From an uncultured Clostridia bacterium (GTDB lineage Bacteria > Bacillota > Clostridia > Oscillospirales > CAG-272): a DNA stretch of 64,000 nucleotides. The position numbers and the translations under genes are program-made. Position 1 is the first letter of the stretch, and each line of letters starts with the position of its first letter. Of the stretch, positions 17,943 to 27,340 are shown piece by piece. The stretch covers positions 6,782-70,781 of the forward strand of contig CAMJPL010000004.1 of the NCBI GenBank assembly GCA_946407735.1. The letters are read 5' to 3'. Under the pieces are notes generated by a model. The model searched no databases, was not told where the DNA came from, and was given only the letters and a program-made list of their open reading frames with translations.

Positions 17943-20558
17943 ATGAAACTGATTCTGAAATACAGCTCACCCGCTCCCGATTCCGAGGAAGGATGGGAAA
18001 AATATTCGCTGCCGATCGGCTGCTCCTATTACGGCGGCAAAGTTTTCGGCGGCACCGATTACGAGCGCATCCAGGTGACGGAAAATTCCGTCGAGAACCC
18101 CGGCTCGCTCGGCGGTCTCAACAGCTTCGCCGATATATATTTCCGCTTCGGTCACGATTTCGGTAAGATATCCGGCTATCAGCGCGGGCTTGACATCGGG
18201 CGGGCGATCTCGTATGTCCGCTACGGTATCGGCGGCGTAAGCGTAAAGCGCGAGTATTTCGCTTCATATCCCGACAGGGCGATCATAGGCCGGATCACGG
18301 CCGACAGCCCGATATCATTCAGAGCCGAGCTGTCGGTTCCCTTCATCACCGACGAGGAAGGACGCGAAAAGACGGGTGAAGCGACGTCGTCCGGCGATAC
18401 CGTCTCCATGATCGGCGTCATGAAGGCCTACAACGTCAGATTCTCGGCAAAGCTCAGGATAATCTCTGACGGCGCTGTTACGGCGGCTGGCGGCGGGCTC
18501 GATATATCCGACGCGAAAGACACCGTATTCATATTCGGCGGCGCCACAAACTATGAGCTACGCCCCGAGGTGTTCCTCGAGGACGACAACTCGAAAAAGC
18601 TCCGCGACTTCGATCCCGCTCCAATAACCGACAGAATCATAGCGTCCGCCTCGGCATACACCTACGACGAGCTTCTGAGCCGGCATGAGACCGATTACAG
18701 CACCCTGTTCGACCGCGTCTCAGTCGATCTCGGCGAATCGGAGCCGCCGGAGATGATGACCGACGAGCTTCTCGCGGAATACTCGAAAGGCGCGCAGAGC
18801 CGCTATCTCGAGACTCTCTATTTCCAGTTCGGGCGCTATCTCATGATCTCGTCGTCCCGTCCCGGCTGTCTCCCCGCCAATCTGCAGGGAGTCTGGAACT
18901 GTCACGACAGATCGCCGTGGGGGAGCGGCTACTGGCACAACATCAACGTGCAGATGAATTACTGGCCGGTCTTCGTCACCGGTCTCTCCGAGTGCTTCAG
19001 GGCGTATGAGGATTATTACCGCGCCTTCCTGCCGAAGGCCGAGATGTTCGCCTCCGATTTCGTCGGCAAGACCGTCCCGGAGAATTCCTCCGCCGTCCCC
19101 GGCGAGTGCGGCTGGACGATCGGGACCGGAAACTACGCCTATACCATAAGCGGTCCCGGCGGCCACTCCGGCCCCGGAACCGGCGGCCTCACCTCCAAGC
19201 TGTTCTGGGAGGCATACGCATTCTCGGGCGACAAAAAGGTGCTGCACGAAACCGCGTACCCGGCTCTGCTGGCTATGGCGAAATTCCTCTGCCGCTGCGT
19301 CAGGAATTACGATGGGAAATATCTATCCGTCTTCTCGGCGTCGCCGGAGCAGATCATAGCCAACAACTGGAGCAATAAGGTTCAGTATTACCATACGGTC
19401 GGCTGCGCCTTCGACCAGCAGATGATCTGGGAGAACGCCCGCGACCTGCTCGAATGCGTCGATATCATCGGCGAGGACAATCTGCCTGAGGAAGACAGGA
19501 AGGTCATCGGCGAAGTCAGAAAGCAGATCGGCGGCTACGATCCGGTTCAGGTCGGATGGAGCGGGCAGATAAAGGAATACCGCGAGGAATCCTTCTACGG
19601 CATGGTCGGCGAGTACCGCCACCGCCATATATCTCAGCTCGTCGGGCTGTACCCCGGCACGTCGATATCGCATGACACCCCGGCATGGCTCGACGCGGCG
19701 AAGGTCTCGCTGAATCTCCGCTCGGACGAGTCCACCGGATGGGCTCTCGCCCACCGTCTCAACTCATGGGCGAGGACCGGCGACGGGGAAAGGGCTCACC
19801 GCCTGCTCTCCAACCTCATCGGCATGCGCACGCTGCCGAACCTCTGGGACTTCCACCCGCCGTTCCAGATAGACGGAAACTTCGGCGGGACGTCCGGCGT
19901 CGCCGAGATGCTCATCCAGAGCCATGAAAAATACATCTCCGTCCTGCCGTCCATCCCGTCGGCATGGGACAGGGGCTCGTTCGAGGGTCTCAAAGCAAGG
20001 GGCGGATTCACGGTGAGCGCGTCATGGAAAGACGGATGCGCGTACGAGATAAAGATCACATCGGAAGCCGGAGGACTCTGCCGTCTCTCATGCCCGAATA
20101 TCGGGAAAGCCTCGGCGTCGTTCGATTTCGATGAGGCAGACGCCGATCATATCGAATTCATGACCGAAGCAGGCGGCGAATACACATTTACGGCCATCCC
20201 GCCGCGCGCGGCAGCAGCCGTTCCCGCTTCGCTCAGAGCCGACCGCAGAGGACATCTGAGCTGGGATTACTCGTCGCCGGTCGATATATACCGCTCATCC
20301 GGATCACAGCCGGAATACGCGATGATCGCGTCGTCTGTCACCGGACAAAGCTGGGATGACGGCGATATGCCGGATGTCGCGATCTGCGGCACCGTGACGT
20401 ACAAGATAGTCCCCGCCGGAGCCGGACAGTCGTCGCTCGGAGCGACGGTGACGGTCAACTGCTCGTCGGAGATCGAGCGCGAGAGATACCGCGCGCTCGT
20501 CCGTCAGCTGAATCTCACATGCGGCGGAGCCGAAGCCGCAGCATATCTCGGCGAATGA
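17943..20558 (+). CDS. Glycoside hydrolase family 95 (alpha-L-fucosidase-like), no signal peptide
   Basis: GH95 N-terminal pattern (WEKYSLPIGCSYYGGKVFGG), catalytic-domain blocks (NLQGVWN, GYWHNINVQMNYWP, STGWALAHRLNSWARTGDGERA, NLWDFHPPFQIDGNFGGTSGVAEML). I placed the start at ATG 17943, after GAGGAGG. Confidence 0.85.
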   Translation: MKLILKYSSPAPDSEEGWEKYSLPIGCSYYGGKVFGGTDYERIQVTENSVENPGSLGGLNSFADIYFRFGHDFGKISGYQRGLDIGRAISYVRYGIGGVSVKREYFASYPDRAIIGRITADSPISFRAELSVPFITDEEGREKTGEATSSGDTVSMIGVMKAYNVRFSAKLRIISDGAVTAAGGGLDISDAKDTVFIFGGATNYELRPEVFLEDDNSKKLRDFDPAPITDRIIASASAYTYDELLSRHETDYSTLFDRVSVDLGESEPPEMMTDELLAEYSKGAQSRYLETLYFQFGRYLMISSSRPGCLPANLQGVWNCHDRSPWGSGYWHNINVQMNYWPVFVTGLSECFRAYEDYYRAFLPKAEMFASDFVGKTVPENSSAVPGECGWTIGTGNYAYTISGPGGHSGPGTGGLTSKLFWEAYAFSGDKKVLHETAYPALLAMAKFLCRCVRNYDGKYLSVFSASPEQIIANNWSNKVQYYHTVGCAFDQQMIWENARDLLECVDIIGEDNLPEEDRKVIGEVRKQIGGYDPVQVGWSGQIKEYREESFYGMVGEYRHRHISQLVGLYPGTSISHDTPAWLDAAKVSLNLRSDESTGWALAHRLNSWARTGDGERAHRLLSNLIGMRTLPNLWDFHPPFQIDGNFGGTSGVAEMLIQSHEKYISVLPSIPSAWDRGSFEGLKARGGFTVSASWKDGCAYEIKITSEAGGLCRLSCPNIGKASASFDFDEADADHIEFMTEAGGEYTFTAIPPRAAAAVPASLRADRRGHLSWDYSSPVDIYRSSGSQPEYAMIASSVTGQSWDDGDMPDVAICGTVTYKIVPAGAGQSSLGATVTVNCSSEIERERYRALVRQLNLTCGGAEAAAYLGE

Positions 20559-20562
20559 AAAG

Positions 20563-21840
20563 ATGAACAACCATTATCACTGGCCGCTGAGGGTCGCCGC
20601 GATAGTGTTCGCCGTTCTTATGCTGGCGGGCATCTTCGCGTCGGTCTTCCGCGCCAGCGCCGCGAGGAGCGTAAACGGCAAGCCGACAAAATTCGTCGGG
20701 GACGAGCCGTGGTACGACGAGGAGGTCTATTACTGGGTGCAGATAGGCTCGGTATGGTTCGTTCCCCTCTCCGCCTTCAAGAAGATACAGGGAGTGGAAA
20801 CGAAATCGTCGAGCTATTTCAAGAACACGGTGATATCGCGCGGCGACAGATACCTCACGATCGACACCGACACCATGACATGGGCGTCGACCGAGGATAA
20901 AGGCACCTTCTATTTCAAGACCTACATGTTCCGTCAGGGCATGATGTGGGTGCCGGCGAACACGGTATGCGAGATACTCGGGCTAAGCATCGAGACTCAC
21001 GGCGACGCCGTCAGGCTGTCTGACGGCGAGTCCTCGGTTTCACTCGATCAGCTCCTTGAAACCTACAATCCCGAATATCTGAAGGAGCTCATCGACGCCG
21101 AGACTACGCTTCCTCCCCCGCCGCCCGAAACGACAAAGCCGGTGACACGACCTCCCGTGACAACGCCGCCGGAGGAGACCACGACAGAGCCTCCCGTAAC
21201 CGAGCGCGAAGTCGAGGACATCGGGGCGATGACGATACGCCTGACATTCGAGGACTGCCCGAACGAATACACGTCATCAGTCCTTGACGTGCTTCAGGAA
21301 AACGGCGTCAGCGCGACATTCTTCGTCACAGGAGACGGGATCGCCGCCTATCCCGACCTTATATGCCGCATGGAAGCCGAGGGGCACGCGATAGGGCTCC
21401 ATACCATGACTCAGGACGAAAGCCTTTTCGCCCAGGACATGGCGAATTTTACCGCCGAGCTCGCCGCCGAGAACCGGCTGCTCGTCAGGGTGCTGAAAAA
21501 GGCGAGCCGGATCGTCAGGGCGCCAAACGGATCGTGGTCGAACCGCTTTCATATCCTCCTTGAGGAATACGAATACGTAAAATCCTGCGGATTCGTGGTC
21601 TGGGACTGGAACGTTTACGTCGGCGACGGCTACGACGCCGGTCAGGCCTTCGACACGATGAAGTCGGCGCTGCTCGAGGAAGGCGCCGAGACACCGGTCA
21701 TACGACTCCCGGTGAACGAATTCACGGCGGAGGCGGTGAAAGAGCTGCTCGATTATCTTTCGCCCGTAAAATCCCGCCTGACCTTCGCCGCTATAACAGC
21801 CTCCGAGCCCGAACTGAATTTCATCGGGCTGTACGAATGA
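20563..21840 (+). CDS. Membrane-anchored polysaccharide deacetylase (NodB homology domain) with an N-terminal stalk domain and a Pro/Thr linker
   Basis: TM helix (VAAIVFAVLMLAGIFASVF), linker PPPPPETTKPVTRPPVTTPPEETTTEPP, and the NodB-like block IRLTFEDCPNEYTSSVLDVLQENGVSATFFVTG...GHAIGLHT. Confidence 0.8.
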   Translation: MNNHYHWPLRVAAIVFAVLMLAGIFASVFRASAARSVNGKPTKFVGDEPWYDEEVYYWVQIGSVWFVPLSAFKKIQGVETKSSSYFKNTVISRGDRYLTIDTDTMTWASTEDKGTFYFKTYMFRQGMMWVPANTVCEILGLSIETHGDAVRLSDGESSVSLDQLLETYNPEYLKELIDAETTLPPPPPETTKPVTRPPVTTPPEETTTEPPVTEREVEDIGAMTIRLTFEDCPNEYTSSVLDVLQENGVSATFFVTGDGIAAYPDLICRMEAEGHAIGLHTMTQDESLFAQDMANFTAELAAENRLLVRVLKKASRIVRAPNGSWSNRFHILLEEYEYVKSCGFVVWDWNVYVGDGYDAGQAFDTMKSALLEEGAETPVIRLPVNEFTAEAVKELLDYLSPVKSRLTFAAITASEPELNFIGLYE

Positions 21841-21865
21841 GACAGCTACGATATATGATACAGCC

Positions 21866-22597
21866 ATGGACAACAATACAAAGAAAAAGAAGATACTGAT
21901 CGTCGAAGACGAGAAGAACATCGCACAGATGCTCGCCTTCAACATGACGGCTGCCGGGTATGACTACGATATAGCGTACGACGGCGAGCTCGGACTCGAC
22001 AAGGCGCTCAACATAGACTTCGATCTGATCCTGCTCGACATAATGCTCCCGAAGATGGACGGTTTCGAGGTCTGCCGCAGGATACGCGCCAAAAAATCCA
22101 CTCCGATCATAATCGTCACCGCGCGCGAGGAGGAGATCGACAAGATCCTCGGCCTCGATCTCGGAGCCGACGATTACGTCACCAAGCCCTTCTCGATAAA
22201 GGTGCTTCTGGCGAGGGTGAAATCCAACATCCGCCGCGCGGCCGGAGAGCTCGTCCTCGATCAGTCCGGCATGTCGTCGGAGCAGCCGGGCCAGTCGCAG
22301 ACGATAAAGATCCGCGACCTCGTGATAGACTGCGCGAGATATCAGGTCACGATACGCGGCGAGGCCATCCTTCTGACGAAAAAGGAATATGAGCTTCTCC
22401 TTCATCTCGCGAAGAACCCCGGCAAGGTCTTCAGCCGCGAGGAGCTTCTGGAAGAAGTATGGGGCTACGAGGGCTTCTACGGCGACCTCAACACGGTGGA
22501 CGTCACCGTTTCAAGGCTCCGCTCAAAGCTCGAGGCCGACTCCTCAAAGCCGGAATATCTGTTCACTAAGCGCACGATGGGCTATTATATCAAATAA
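21866..22597 (+). CDS. walR: OmpR-family response regulator, WalR/YycF-like
   Basis: Close resemblance to B. subtilis YycF over the receiver domain (ILIVEDEKNIA...LILLDIMLPKMDGFEVCRRIR...IIIVTAREEEIDKILGLDLGADDYVTKPFS) plus a winged-helix C-terminus. The symbol is assigned by similarity and operon context only. Confidence 0.8.
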   Translation: MDNNTKKKKILIVEDEKNIAQMLAFNMTAAGYDYDIAYDGELGLDKALNIDFDLILLDIMLPKMDGFEVCRRIRAKKSTPIIIVTAREEEIDKILGLDLGADDYVTKPFSIKVLLARVKSNIRRAAGELVLDQSGMSSEQPGQSQTIKIRDLVIDCARYQVTIRGEAILLTKKEYELLLHLAKNPGKVFSREELLEEVWGYEGFYGDLNTVDVTVSRLRSKLEADSSKPEYLFTKRTMGYYIK

Positions 22598-22609
22598 TCT
22601 CCCGGACAA

Positions 22610-24412
22610 ATGTACAGAAGTCTGTATTTCAAGATCATACTCCTGTTCGCCGTCTTCATGATCGCTGTCATGGCGGTCGTCGGCACCGTGCTGCTGAACT
22701 CGGTGTTCAGCTTCTACATGCACCAGTTCGAGGAGCAGATCGACGGGTATCTTTCCCCCGACAGCCCGAGCGGGCTCCGATCAGAGCTTACGTCGGCGCT
22801 GTCGGATTCCGATTTCGCAAGGTCTCAGAAGGCGATCCTCACCGCTTACAGCACGTCGCTCGGGATAGACGATTACAGGAGCTTTTATATCCTCGACATG
22901 GAAGCCCGGCCTCTCGCCGGCTCCGACGAGGAGCTTCCGTCGACCCTTACCCTGACCGAGAATCTGATCTCGGCGATGTCGGGACGCGACGGCACCGAGG
23001 TAAGGGTCGGCGCGTCATACGCCGACTACGCCGGATATCTCACCGACGGGAAAAACGAGTGCATCGTCTATGTGAAGGACTCGCAGGAGGAGATGCGCGC
23101 CCTTTCATGGCAGATCTTCTCGCTAATCCTGCAGTCGATATTCTTCGGTCTTATCATCGCCGTGCTGCTGTCGTTTCTGTTCGCCAAAGCCATCACAAAG
23201 CCGATCAGAAGCCTTACCGCCGGAGCGCAGGCGGTCGCGGCCGGGGAATTCTCGCATGAGATCGCCGTCGGCGGAAGCGACGAGATAGGCGTCCTGACAT
23301 CCACCTTCAACGACATGAGAATCACCCTGCGCAGCTCGTTTGACGAGGTGAGCCGGGAGCGCACGAAGCTCGAGACGGTGATGTCGAATCTTAAGGACGC
23401 GGTCGTCGCCTTCTCCGACACCGGCAGCGTGATCCAGATAAACGGCGCGGCAAGGGAGCTGCTCGGCATAAGCGACGAAACGAACGCCGTTCTCACCCTT
23501 CCCGACATGCTGTCGCTGCTCGGCATATCCTTCGCGCAGCAGCGGATAGAGCGGCTCGGTGAGAAAAACGAGACAGGCTCCATGACCCTGCACGAGATAG
23601 TCTACGGCGGCAAAGCCCTTGATATCACCTTCTCGCGCTTCGAGTCGGAATCCGGGCAGAGCGGCTTCATCACGGTCATCCACGACGTGACGAGCCGCTA
23701 TGAGCTCGACAAGGCTCAGCGGGAGTTCGTCGCGAACGTCAGCCATGAGCTCAAAACGCCGCTGACGGTGATCAAAGGCGCGGCCGAGACACTCGCCATG
23801 TACCCCGACATGCGCGGCGAGATGCACGACACCTTCATCAGCAACATCGTCGAGGAAAGCGACAGGATGAAGCGCATCGTCGACGATCTTCTCACGCTTT
23901 CAAGGCTCGACAACAACCGCACGAAATGGCAGATAAGCGAATTTGACCTCTCCGCTTCGCTCGCGCATCTGTGCGAGATCCTTACCGCCGACGCGAAGAA
24001 GCACAGCCATAAGCTCATCTACCGCAAGACCGACTCGATACCGCCGATCCTCGGTGACAAGGAGCGTATCGAGCAGGTCGTCATAAACATCATATCAAAC
24101 TCGATAAAATACACGCCTGACGGCGGCGAGATCCGCGTCTGGGCGAAATGCGACTCGTCAAGGGTGTTCATTCATGTGCGCGACAACGGCGTCGGAATAC
24201 CCGAGGACGATATCCCGCGACTGTTCGAACGATTCTACCGCGTCGAAAAATCGCGCACGAGCGACGCCGGCGGCACAGGACTCGGTCTCGCCATAGCGAA
24301 GGAGATAGTTGTCGCTCACGGGGGCGAGATCGGCGTAAAATCAAAGGTAGGCGCCGGGACCGAGACGACAGTCATCCTGCCTATCAGAACAACACTTGAG
24401 AATTCCGGCTGA
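22610..24412 (+). CDS. walK: Sensor histidine kinase, WalK-like (2 TM, HAMP, PAS, HisKA, HATPase)
   Basis: Two TM helices flank a ~130-aa extracytoplasmic loop. HAMP (PIRSLTAGAQAVAAGEF), a PAS-like segment, the H-box FVANVSHELKTPLT, and the N/G boxes (IISNSIKYTPDGG, DNGVGIP, GGTGLGLAIAKE). Confidence 0.8.
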   Translation: MYRSLYFKIILLFAVFMIAVMAVVGTVLLNSVFSFYMHQFEEQIDGYLSPDSPSGLRSELTSALSDSDFARSQKAILTAYSTSLGIDDYRSFYILDMEARPLAGSDEELPSTLTLTENLISAMSGRDGTEVRVGASYADYAGYLTDGKNECIVYVKDSQEEMRALSWQIFSLILQSIFFGLIIAVLLSFLFAKAITKPIRSLTAGAQAVAAGEFSHEIAVGGSDEIGVLTSTFNDMRITLRSSFDEVSRERTKLETVMSNLKDAVVAFSDTGSVIQINGAARELLGISDETNAVLTLPDMLSLLGISFAQQRIERLGEKNETGSMTLHEIVYGGKALDITFSRFESESGQSGFITVIHDVTSRYELDKAQREFVANVSHELKTPLTVIKGAAETLAMYPDMRGEMHDTFISNIVEESDRMKRIVDDLLTLSRLDNNRTKWQISEFDLSASLAHLCEILTADAKKHSHKLIYRKTDSIPPILGDKERIEQVVINIISNSIKYTPDGGEIRVWAKCDSSRVFIHVRDNGVGIPEDDIPRLFERFYRVEKSRTSDAGGTGLGLAIAKEIVVAHGGEIGVKSKVGAGTETTVILPIRTTLENSG

Positions 24413-24423
24413 CATATCGGCGT

Positions 24424-26013
24424 ATGATCGAAGAAAAAAGGCCGCCGCGAACGGCAAGCAGACTGAAAAGGATAACGGAGACCGCCAAAAGCGTGCTTTT
24501 GACGGCTCTGTTCCTGTCCATGACCGTGCTTGCCTGCGTCTATATCGTCCGCACGCAGCGGATGACGCTCGAATCGGCCGACGCCATCGACATAGGAAGG
24601 ATGCTCACCCTTCGCCCGGGCGGCGACAGCTTCAGCTCCGGACTTTCACAGGAGAGAGTGCTTCCCGAATGCGTAGCCGTCAAAGCCGACGGCAGCGGAA
24701 GGGCGGTCACCGGCGGGCGGAGCGTGCTCGCCGGAGCGCTGTCGCTTCTGACCGATCCGCTCGAAAATATACTCTCCGACTCGTCGGATGTTACCGAGGT
24801 GCCGGAGGATGACTCGGAAGCCGTCTGGCTTGCCTGCTGCTCGGCGAAGGACAGCGTGTATATAAGGTTCCGCTCGCCGCTGCCGTCCCCGATACTGAGC
24901 CTTTATATCTCTGGCGGCGATGAGGAGATATCGTCGGCCAAAGCCTGCTACATCCGCGAGATCTTTATACTTCCCGGTGAGGAGACTTCAGACGGTGACG
25001 GCAGAACGAGCTGCCGAGCCGTCGCGAGGGACGGCGAGGGCAGGACGCTGAGGATCGACGGAGAAGACCTTTCAATCGACCTTCCTTCGGTCGTGTCATA
25101 CGCATCAAACTCCGAGTTCAGCGATTTCTTCTTCGCCGGAGACATCGACAGATCCGCCGAAGCGCCGCGGCTCGAGCTTGACGATTCGGCGATAGTGACC
25201 GTCGGCGAAGCGCCGCAGCTGTGCGCCGTCTTCTCTTATGACGCCGCCGGAAAGCTCATGAGCTCTCCCGAAGCGCTCCTGACCCTTTTCGGCTACAATA
25301 TGAGCCGGATAAGCGAGTATGAGGATCCCGACACCGGCGACGTGATATACATAGAGACATGGGGAAATCTCCGCCTGTCAGCCGACTCGGTCAGCTTTTC
25401 CGCCACCGGTCAGCGCGGCGGCATAGACGTGTCGAGATGGCTCCCGTACGGCAGAACCGGCGGCTCATATACGCTTTATGAGCTGCTTCGATGCTCGGAA
25501 AACTTCATCTCAGGGCTTTCCTCGATAGATCCCGGCATGACCGGCGGCGACGCCCAGCTTTATCTGAGAGATGTGTACGCATCCGACGTCGGCGTCACCG
25601 TATCATACAGATTCATCTTCAACGGAATAGACGTCGTCTGCGGCGACAGAGGCATCGACATAACCTTCTCCGACGGCATGATAAAAGAGCTGAGCGTCCG
25701 TCCGATGACGGCCGTGAATCAGCTTACCCGTCTGCTCAATCTGAGCATGGCGCGCTGCTTTGAAGGCAGAGCCGACGCGGCGTTTTCCGGAAGCGGAAGG
25801 ATCGCTCTCATTTACCCCGCCGAGGCAAGCGAGCCCGGCGAGCAGATAACGGCCGAATGGGCATTCATAACCGCAGAGGGAAACATCACGCGGCAGGACG
25901 ATGACGCGGCGGTGGAACCGGATCCCGATACTGCGGACGAGACGGCGGATGACTCCGGAGTCGAAGCCGACACCCTTCCCGCCGAAGAGGCGGACGAAGG
26001 AGGCGCGGCATGA
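24424..26013 (+). CDS. YycH-like two-component regulatory protein (N-terminal TM, large extracytoplasmic domain, acidic tail)
   Basis: It sits directly after the kinase gene. The N-terminal anchor AKSVLLTALFLSMTVLACVYIV resembles the YycH anchor. The rest is assigned by position only. Confidence 0.5.
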   Translation: MIEEKRPPRTASRLKRITETAKSVLLTALFLSMTVLACVYIVRTQRMTLESADAIDIGRMLTLRPGGDSFSSGLSQERVLPECVAVKADGSGRAVTGGRSVLAGALSLLTDPLENILSDSSDVTEVPEDDSEAVWLACCSAKDSVYIRFRSPLPSPILSLYISGGDEEISSAKACYIREIFILPGEETSDGDGRTSCRAVARDGEGRTLRIDGEDLSIDLPSVVSYASNSEFSDFFFAGDIDRSAEAPRLELDDSAIVTVGEAPQLCAVFSYDAAGKLMSSPEALLTLFGYNMSRISEYEDPDTGDVIYIETWGNLRLSADSVSFSATGQRGGIDVSRWLPYGRTGGSYTLYELLRCSENFISGLSSIDPGMTGGDAQLYLRDVYASDVGVTVSYRFIFNGIDVVCGDRGIDITFSDGMIKELSVRPMTAVNQLTRLLNLSMARCFEGRADAAFSGSGRIALIYPAEASEPGEQITAEWAFITAEGNITRQDDDAAVEPDPDTADETADDSGVEADTLPAEEADEGGAA

Positions 26014-27026
26014 GCTGGAGCAGGATAAAAACGCTGCTGATACTCCTTCTTCTGGCGGTGAACATATACCTCGTGTACGCGATAGCCTCACAGTACGAGG
26101 TCACGGCAAGGATACCGGCTGATGAGATCGAGGCGGCGGCCGGGCTGCTTAAGAAGGACGGCATCACTATCGCCGACGACGCTCTCAGCGGGCGGCGGCT
26201 CGATCTGAAGGTATGGCGCTCGGCGTTTTTAAAGGACGGCGGCGAGGACGGGCGCGAGCTGGTTATCAGCCGTCTGTTCGGCTCCGCCGATTATACGAGG
26301 CACATGACCGGCAGCGGCTTCGACGCGGCGGTGGAAGGAAAGGGAACACTCTCCTTCTCCGATTCCGATCCTCTTTACATCAGCTATACCGCCGACGGCT
26401 GCGATTACGCAGGGGAGGCCGACGAAGCCGCTTCCGATCCCGGATCGGACCGTCAGGTGAGCTGGATGAGGCGCGCGAATCTCGCAAACCAGTTCGACCA
26501 GTTCCTCGCCGGAGGCGAGTCATCGTCGCTCACAGGCGACGAAAAGCGGGCCGAGACGGAGGTCGATCTCGCGATTTACGACAGAAACGACAGGCGCTAT
26601 ATAGCGCATTTCGTGCAGAAGCTCGACGGCTGCGAGATCGACGGCTGCGGCGGATATTTCTCGGTAAAGGGCGATACGGTCGACTATATCAGAGGCTCCG
26701 TCGTCCTCATGAGCGATCCCGTCGGGTACAAGGCCGAGCTGCTCGACGAGATAAACGTGTTGTTCCTCGAGCGCGACTCGCTCTCGGTCGGTATAGGCGA
26801 TATTTCCGGCGGTTCAGAAGTCGTTTCGGGCGACGCGCCGTCAGCTCCGGCTGACGATATATCCCGCACAGTCCGCTCGTCGTCGCCAGTCTACTGCGTG
26901 ATTTGGAGCTCGGACAAGAGCGAGTTCTATCTCATCCCATCCTGGAAGCTCGTCTACGACTATGAGGGAGGCGAGTCCGGCGAATCGATTAGAAACGCCG
27001 TGAACGGGAGCGTCTATCTGCGGTAA
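26010..27026 (+). CDS. YycI-like two-component regulatory protein
   Basis: ATGA start/stop overlap with the upstream gene. The N-terminus MSWSRIKTLLILLLLAVNIYLVYAI closely resembles the YycI signature N-terminus (MDWSKAKTIFI...LN.FL). Confidence 0.55.
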   Translation: MSWSRIKTLLILLLLAVNIYLVYAIASQYEVTARIPADEIEAAAGLLKKDGITIADDALSGRRLDLKVWRSAFLKDGGEDGRELVISRLFGSADYTRHMTGSGFDAAVEGKGTLSFSDSDPLYISYTADGCDYAGEADEAASDPGSDRQVSWMRRANLANQFDQFLAGGESSSLTGDEKRAETEVDLAIYDRNDRRYIAHFVQKLDGCEIDGCGGYFSVKGDTVDYIRGSVVLMSDPVGYKAELLDEINVLFLERDSLSVGIGDISGGSEVVSGDAPSAPADDISRTVRSSSPVYCVIWSSDKSEFYLIPSWKLVYDYEGGESGESIRNAVNGSVYLR

Positions 27027-27183
27027 AAAGCATCCCGGCGGACCGGCGGATATGCGGCAATCGTATGCGTCCATTTTATTAACCGCCTGTTACTTTTTAC
27101 GCGTCAGAGCGCTTATCCGGCTGTTTTTCACGAATTCAAAAGGCAAACAAACCGTTTTTATTAAATATTTTCGAAAAATAATA

Positions 27184-27211
27184 TTGCTTTTTATGATTTT
27201 TGTGGTATAAT
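27184..27211 (+). promoter_or_regulatory. Sigma-70-type promoter (extended -10) for murA
   Basis: TTGCTT (27184-27189), 16-nt spacer, TGTGGTATAAT with TATAAT at 27206-27211. It leaves a ~125-nt leader before ATG 27341. Confidence 0.6.
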
Positions 27212-27340
27212 ATATGTTGGCTGTCTGTCGGTCTGTGTCAGACGCTGAAAAATGATCATTCCGCGCGACTGCGCGCATTATATAGAAATAACCGATCGGC
27301 CGCTTTCAGCGGCGTCGGAAAAGAAGGACTGTTGTTATTT

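Noticed and set aside
27200-27340. Upstream extension of the murA ORF (track start 27200)
   Set aside because: The extension begins upstream of the predicted promoter's -10 box, and its translation (MWYNICWLSVGLCQ...) has no MurA homology. The canonical MurA N-terminus begins at ATG 27341.
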